From Nanopusillaceae archaeon (GTDB lineage Archaea > Nanobdellota > Nanobdellia > Nanobdellales > Nanobdellaceae): a stretch of DNA of 32,000 nucleotides. Under the pieces are notes generated by a model, which saw only the letters and a program-made list of their open reading frames with translations, was not told where the DNA came from and made no database searches. The first letter of the stretch is position 1, and each line of letters begins with the position of its first letter. The stretch is taken from NCBI GenBank assembly GCA_049974095.1, contig JBMFJD010000003.1, forward strand, positions 30,001-62,000. The letters are read 5' to 3'. Made by a program: the position numbers and the translations under genes. Positions 26,985 through 32,000 of this stretch are shown in pieces.

Positions 26985-27551
26985 ATGTTCGGAAGATTTG
27001 GAAGACGTGGGTTTAGGCATTTACAAGGACAGATAGTTGGAGAAGAATATATAAAACATTTAAATTTAAAAGAGGGAATGAATGTCGCAGATGCAGGATC
27101 TGGACCTGGAAGATTTTCTATACCAATTGCAAAAATTGTTTATCCTGGAAAAGTATATGCAATAGATATTGATGAAGAATCTTTGGAATATATAAATAAA
27201 GTAAAAAAAGAACAAAACATTGATAATATAATAACAATAAAAGCTGATATAACAGAAAAAATTCCTTTAGAGGATAAATCTATAGATTTTGCATTAATGG
27301 TAAATGCTTTACATGGATTAATAAGATTAAATAGAGAAGAAAATACATTAAATGAAATAAAAAGAATATTAAAGGATGATGGAAGGATAGGGATAGTAGA
27401 ATTTAGAAAAGATCTTTTAGAGTTTGGTCCTCCAGAGTGGGTTAGATTATCTGAAGAAGATACAATTTCTATCTTTAAAAAATTTGGATTTAGAGTTATT
27501 AATGGACCAGTATATGTTGAAAATGAATATATTTTAATTTTTAGTAAATAA
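26985..27551 (+). CDS. Class I SAM-dependent methyltransferase, substrate unknown
   Basis: Motif I VADAGSGPGRFS, motif II acidic YAIDID, motif post-II/III FALMVNALH...LKDDGRIGIVEF. Confidence 0.8.
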   Translation: MFGRFGRRGFRHLQGQIVGEEYIKHLNLKEGMNVADAGSGPGRFSIPIAKIVYPGKVYAIDIDEESLEYINKVKKEQNIDNIITIKADITEKIPLEDKSIDFALMVNALHGLIRLNREENTLNEIKRILKDDGRIGIVEFRKDLLEFGPPEWVRLSEEDTISIFKKFGFRVINGPVYVENEYILIFSK

Positions 27552-27686
27552 TTATCTTTTATTTTTTAAGACTCTATATATAAGCCAGATATTTATAAAT
27601 AACCTCCTAATTTAAAAAATATTTTTTAAATAAACTTTTTATATCCTATATATAAATTTATTATCTGAGTAAAATTTTACCACAAC

Positions 27687-27857
27687 TTAGTATTCTATTT
27701 TAGCCATAGAAAAATGATAGGTTTTTAAACTCTTCTCATAAATAATACTGTATGGCAAAGAAGAAAAAAGAAGAAGAAAAGAAACAATAAACTTAAATAA
27801 ATAATATAGTTTATTTGTGAAGTACATTAAACTCGGATCATCATCGGCCTCTTTCAT
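27687..27857 (-). CDS. Possible 56-aa single-TM protein (below the track length cutoff)
   Basis: Hand translation: MKEADDDPSLMYFTNKLYYLFKFIVSFLLLFSSLPYSIIYEKSLKTYHFSMAKIEY. The ATG lies 34 nt downstream of the metG stop on the same strand. Supported only by the open frame and a hydrophobic stretch. Confidence 0.2.
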   Translation of the reverse strand: MKEADDDPSLMYFTNKLYYLFKFIVSFLLLFSSLPYSIIYEKSLKTYHFSMAKIEY

Positions 27858-27891
27858 ATATTATATTTTTTCAGATCTATTATATAAATTT

Positions 27892-30027
27892 TTATGAAAA
27901 AGTAATAACTGGTGATGTAGCCTTTTCCTTCAATTCATTAATTATATTATCATTTATCTTTTCAAACAATGGTTTAACCTCTCCTACAATTTCTATAGTA
28001 ATATTATTTGCAAAATTGAATAAAGAGTATAGATTATCAAATGACACATCTTGATAATTTATTAAATTAAAGAATTTCTTAGAGGATGATGGTATAAATG
28101 GATATAACATTGTATATAAAGATATTAATAATATTGTTAAAGATTTTACTATAATTTTCTTTCTTTGAGGATTTTCCCATGGTTTATTATCTTGAAATAT
28201 TTTATTTCCATAATTCGATAATTCCAACATTTTTCTTAATCCTAAATTTAATTCTCCTTTATCCATCAATTCAAAATATTCTCCTAATTTTTTCTTTATT
28301 TCTTCTATTATATTTTTTTCTACAGGTCCATCAATTCTTCCATTATAATACTTCTTAATAAAAGATAATACCCTATGAGTAAGATTCCCAATATTATTTA
28401 CTAATTCCTCATTTATAACATTCTTAAATTCTTCCCATTTGAAATCTGTATCTTTATTATATGGTAAAATATATGATATATAAAATCTCCAATAATCAGG
28501 ATTTAAATTTGTTTTTATCAATGCATCACAAAATATACCCCATTTTTGACTTTTACTTATTTTTCTTCCTTCATATGTTAAATAAGATAAACCAATAACA
28601 TTATATGGCAATGTAAAATTAATAAGATCAGTTATTTCAAAAAATTCTTTGAAATCTTCAGATATATTATTTGAAGATAATAATATTGCTGGCCAAAAAA
28701 CTGCATGAAATGGTATATTATCCTTTCCTAGAAAATGATATATCTTTCCATATAACCAAAAATCTTTCCAATTTATATCTAAATATATCTTTAAGACCTT
28801 TTTATTTTCAAATAGATATTTTAATATTTTTCCTAAATTATAAAATTCTTTATATATTCCAGATAAATATAAAACAGATCCTTCTATTTTATATTCTAAT
28901 TCATATAAAGAATCATCAATCTTTATCTTCAATATCTTTCCATTATCATCTAAAACATTTATATTACTTATATCTTCATTCTTTACATCATCATAGACAT
29001 ATTCTCCTTTTAATTTTTCAGCTAAAAAAGAAATATAACCAATTAATGCATCATACCAAACATATAATACTTTATTTTTATACGCTTCAAAATAATTATA
29101 TAATGTTAAAATACTATCTACTTTTGGCCAATTTTCTTCAACAATTGTCCTAATTTTTAATATTTCTTCTACAGGTACTATTAATCCCTCCTCTTTTAAT
29201 GCATTAATAAAGGAATCTATAAATTTCTCCTTTGATCCAAAATCTAATTTATTAAATATTTTCTTCCTCAAAACTTCCCATAATTCCTTATATGGAACTG
29301 GAACACCAAAGGACAAATCTCTTGTAATACTTCTTTCTCTTAATCCTTCTTTTATCCATCCCAAAGACATTGTTATTGCTAGATCTGTAAATATTTCTTT
29401 TTTACTTTCTACATATTCTTTTATTTTTTCTTCCAGTTTTGTAAGATTTAAATATAAATGTCTTGTTTTTCTAAATATTATTGGATTTCCTGTAATTGCA
29501 TTTCTCGGATTTATAAGATCTTTTGGATCTAATAATCTTCCACAATTTTCACACTGATCACCCTTTGCATTTTCATATCCACAGTATGGACATGTTCCTA
29601 CAACAAATCTATCTGCAAGAAATTTATTCCAAACAGGATCATAAGGTAATTCTACTTCTTTTTCTACAATATATCCATTAATAAAAGATCTCATAAATAA
29701 TTCTTGAACAATTTTATAATGTATTTGATTATTTGATGTTTCACTAAAATTATCAAAGGATAAATTAAACCATTTATATATTTCTTTATGGACACTATGG
29801 AAGAAATTTACAATATTTTCAGGCTTTGTATTATTTTTAATTGCTTCAACTTCTGTTGCAGAACCATGATCATCTGTTCCACATAAATAAAATACAATAT
29901 TTCCCTTTAATCTATTATATCTTGCAAATATATCCGAAGGTAATAAGCTTCCTGCTAAATGGCCAATATGTGGTACATTATTTACATATGGTAATGCTGA
30001 AGTAATTAATACAATATCTTTTCCCAT
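27892..30027 (-). CDS. metG: Methionyl-tRNA synthetase with two large insertions and no C-terminal Trbp111/EMAPII-like domain
   Basis: ALPYVNNVPHIGHLAG (HIGH); Zn knuckle CPYCGY...CENCG; KVLYVWYDALIGYIS; HFLGKDNIPFHAVFWPA; KISKSQ (KMSKS); NEELVNNIGNLTHR. Confidence 0.93.
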   Translation of the reverse strand: MGKDIVLITSALPYVNNVPHIGHLAGSLLPSDIFARYNRLKGNIVFYLCGTDDHGSATEVEAIKNNTKPENIVNFFHSVHKEIYKWFNLSFDNFSETSNNQIHYKIVQELFMRSFINGYIVEKEVELPYDPVWNKFLADRFVVGTCPYCGYENAKGDQCENCGRLLDPKDLINPRNAITGNPIIFRKTRHLYLNLTKLEEKIKEYVESKKEIFTDLAITMSLGWIKEGLRERSITRDLSFGVPVPYKELWEVLRKKIFNKLDFGSKEKFIDSFINALKEEGLIVPVEEILKIRTIVEENWPKVDSILTLYNYFEAYKNKVLYVWYDALIGYISFLAEKLKGEYVYDDVKNEDISNINVLDDNGKILKIKIDDSLYELEYKIEGSVLYLSGIYKEFYNLGKILKYLFENKKVLKIYLDINWKDFWLYGKIYHFLGKDNIPFHAVFWPAILLSSNNISEDFKEFFEITDLINFTLPYNVIGLSYLTYEGRKISKSQKWGIFCDALIKTNLNPDYWRFYISYILPYNKDTDFKWEEFKNVINEELVNNIGNLTHRVLSFIKKYYNGRIDGPVEKNIIEEIKKKLGEYFELMDKGELNLGLRKMLELSNYGNKIFQDNKPWENPQRKKIIVKSLTILLISLYTMLYPFIPSSSKKFFNLINYQDVSFDNLYSLFNFANNITIEIVGEVKPLFEKINDNIINELKEKATSPVITFS

Positions 30028-30050
30028 TTAAATAATTATTTCTTAAAGAT

Positions 30051-32000
30051 TTATAATATCTCTTCTATATATTTTTTATTTTTATTTACCCATTCAGATA
30101 TTGCTTCTGAATATTGATAGAACTTTAATATATCATTTTTATATCTTGGTAAATTCCTAATTAAATAATCTCTCATTTCCTTTATTATTGGACCTGTATA
30201 TATATTAAATAGGCTAAATATAATATCCTTAATAATTAAATATGCTTTTTCATATTTTTTAATTTCATCAATATTCTCTTTTATCCAACTAAATAATACA
30301 TAAATTGATTCTGGATTTCTAGAAATATTAATAAATAAATGCCTCCAATCCTGTAGTTTTATTGTTCCATCTATTGCCTTATCCAATAATTCTACTATTA
30401 AATTTCTTCTTCTAAAACTAGATAATCCTTTAATTAAAATAATTTTCTCTTCAGGATTATTTGTTTTATTATATAGATAAAGCATCTTTTTGAATTCATT
30501 AATACCTCCCTGCATTCCAACAACTTCAGATATTATTGTTTTTTCATTATTATTTATATTTTCCCATTCTTTGAATTTATCAAATGAATAATCTATTACA
30601 GAATAATTATTTAATAATGATAAATATTTAAATGATAAATATTTCTTGTTTAAAGTTGAATAATCTTTTACTTCAATATCCTTAAACTTATCAAATATAT
30701 CCAAATATTTATTCAAAAATTCTTTTTGTTCTAATCCAAAATACAAATATATATTATATAATATATTGAAAATTATTGTTAAGACAAACCAGGAATCTTC
30801 ATTCCTATAATAATCTATGAAATCCAGTAATCTATCTATTGATATTTTTCCAAATATACTTAATAAATATAAATCATGTAATAATAATCCTCTACTTAAT
30901 GGAGAAAATTTATTATTTTTTAATCCATTTATTATAAATTCCATATTATTATATTTTGTAATATAAAAACCAATAGCATCTCTATTAATTGTAAAATATT
31001 CTGGCTTTCTCTTTAATATTATTTTTCCTTTTCCTTTATTAAATAATATATTTAATTTTTCATTTTCTATTTCTAAAAATATTGGAATTATCCATTTTGA
31101 ATTTTCATTCCTTTTATATAAAAATCTTGATTGATTTAAATAAATAATATCTTTATTATAATTTACTTCAACAATTGGATATCCTTTTTTATTTATCCAT
31201 CTATCTATCATATTTCTTATTTCTTTTCCTCCAATTATTTCAAATTCTTTAAATAAATCATTTGCAGAAGCATTTGAATATTTATATTTATTTAAATAAT
31301 TCATTATAGATAACCTGAATTTATCATAACCTAAGAAATTATCTATCATTCTTAATATATTTCCTCCTTTTCCATAACTTATTTCATCGAATATACTTTC
31401 TATTTCTTCTTCTTTTTCTACATTTACTTTAATTGAATGAGTACTTAAGAAACCATCAGAAAATTTAGATTCATATGATTCATTTATATAAAATCTTTCC
31501 CATGCTATTTTTTCTTCATACAATTGATCTACCGCTTTATATGCCATGTATGTTGCAAAGGATTCATTTAACCATAGATCATCCCACCATTTCATTGTAA
31601 CCAAATTTCCAGACCACTGATGCCAAAGTTCATGAGCAATAACTTCCATTGTTCTAATTTTTTGAGAAAAAGAATAATTTTCTTCTTTATATAATAACGC
31701 CGTTTCTCTAAATGTAATTGCACCCCAATTTTCCATTGCACCAGCAGCAAAATCTGGTATAGCAATTAAATCTAATTTTTCTAATGGATAGTCTATTGAA
31801 GAATATCTTTCATAAAATTCTAATACTTTTTTAGTCCAATCTAATGAAAATTCTCCATCTTTTACTTTTTCTTTATCTGCAACAATCCTTATTTTTTTAT
31901 TTATATATTTATCTTCTAAATAATAAAATTTTCCAATGCCTAAATATAATAAATATGTAGACATTGGAGGAGTCTCTTTAAATTTTACAATTTTTTTATC
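30051..32000 (-). CDS. M1-family zinc aminopeptidase (tricorn-interacting-factor F2/F3-like), 5' end beyond the window
   Basis: GAMENWG exopeptidase motif; HELWHQWSGNLV...WLNESFA (HExxH-18-E). The frame stays open upstream of the track Met through 32000 (DKKIVKFKETPPM...), and the usual N-terminal domain is missing, so the CDS is truncated by the window. Confidence 0.9.
   Translation of the reverse strand, partial: DKKIVKFKETPPMSTYLLYLGIGKFYYLEDKYINKKIRIVADKEKVKDGEFSLDWTKKVLEFYERYSSIDYPLEKLDLIAIPDFAAGAMENWGAITFRETALLYKEENYSFSQKIRTMEVIAHELWHQWSGNLVTMKWWDDLWLNESFATYMAYKAVDQLYEEKIAWERFYINESYESKFSDGFLSTHSIKVNVEKEEEIESIFDEISYGKGGNILRMIDNFLGYDKFRLSIMNYLNKYKYSNASANDLFKEFEIIGGKEIRNMIDRWINKKGYPIVEVNYNKDIIYLNQSRFLYKRNENSKWIIPIFLEIENEKLNILFNKGKGKIILKRKPEYFTINRDAIGFYITKYNNMEFIINGLKNNKFSPLSRGLLLHDLYLLSIFGKISIDRLLDFIDYYRNEDSWFVLTIIFNILYNIYLYFGLEQKEFLNKYLDIFDKFKDIEVKDYSTLNKKYLSFKYLSLLNNYSVIDYSFDKFKEWENINNNEKTIISEVVGMQGGINEFKKMLYLYNKTNNPEEKIILIKGLSSFRRRNLIVELLDKAIDGTIKLQDWRHLFINISRNPESIYVLFSWIKENIDEIKKYEKAYLIIKDIIFSLFNIYTGPIIKEMRDYLIRNLPRYKNDILKFYQYSEAISEWVNKNKKYIEEIL

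Noticed and set aside
27611-27630. Perfect 20-nt palindrome tttaaaaaatattttttaaa
   Set aside because: It is pure A/T in a very AT-rich spacer, so chance occurrence is plausible, and it would form only a weak hairpin in a thermophile. It is mentioned within the gap finding and not called as a terminator or operator.
27754-27792. 12-codon mini-ORF MAKKKKEEEKKQ on the plus strand
   Set aside because: It is too short and purely compositional (a purine run), and I see no recognisable ribosome-binding or promoter context.
27828-27875. Possible third C/D sRNA around actcggatcatcatcggcctc ... tcag
   Set aside because: An AUGAUGA string exists on the minus strand, but neither strand offers a 12-nt spacing to any CUGA/CAGA box or a second box pair. 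The patch is equally well explained as codons EADDDPS of the candidate 56-aa ORF.
28671-29153. Track ORF 28671..29153 (+), 160 aa
   Set aside because: It is antisense to metG (the insertion region) and is a low-complexity shadow ORF.

Overview
Very AT-rich, tightly packed archaeal chromosome segment. Archaeal markers include Cdc48/VAT, the L18e-L13-S9 cluster, L31e, LX, L3, aIF6, prefoldin alpha, Hef, Trm1, Trm5 and ArlH/ArlI. AT-rich coding DNA, strongly GC-rich tRNAs, overlapping start/stop codons, near-zero spacers and scrambled ribosomal synteny suggest a thermophilic, reduced-genome Nanoarchaeota/DPANN-like archaeon; this is inference only. I support about 38 CDS, 2 tRNAs (Pro-UGG, Arg-UCU) and 2 box C/D sRNAs. 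Two CDS are missed or cut short by the ORF track because they run off the window edges. I saw no CRISPR array, IS/transposon, rRNA or prophage signature, so the window is mostly housekeeping. The most interesting items are: (1) two C/D sRNAs with exact 12-nt guides and non-consensus boxes (AUGAAGA/CAGA) that co-vary at the k-turn 3b-3n position; (2) an untracked homologue of the ArmA/Rmt/FmrO aminoglycoside-resistance 16S rRNA methyltransferases, third gene of a translationally coupled cdc48 / E1-like / methyltransferase operon; (3) a 79-nt perfect DNA repeat between the D1 and D2 ATPase domains of cdc48; (4) a sequon-rich CWB2-like protein next to a phosphohexomutase; (5) an archaellum cluster without arlJ or archaellin; (6) a 340-bp gap in otherwise gapless DNA. 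CDS coordinates follow the supplied track. Hand-derived coordinates (RNAs, boxes, alternative starts, repeats) may be off by 1-2 nt, because my count disagreed with the track by 1 nt in a T-run near 23.9 kb.
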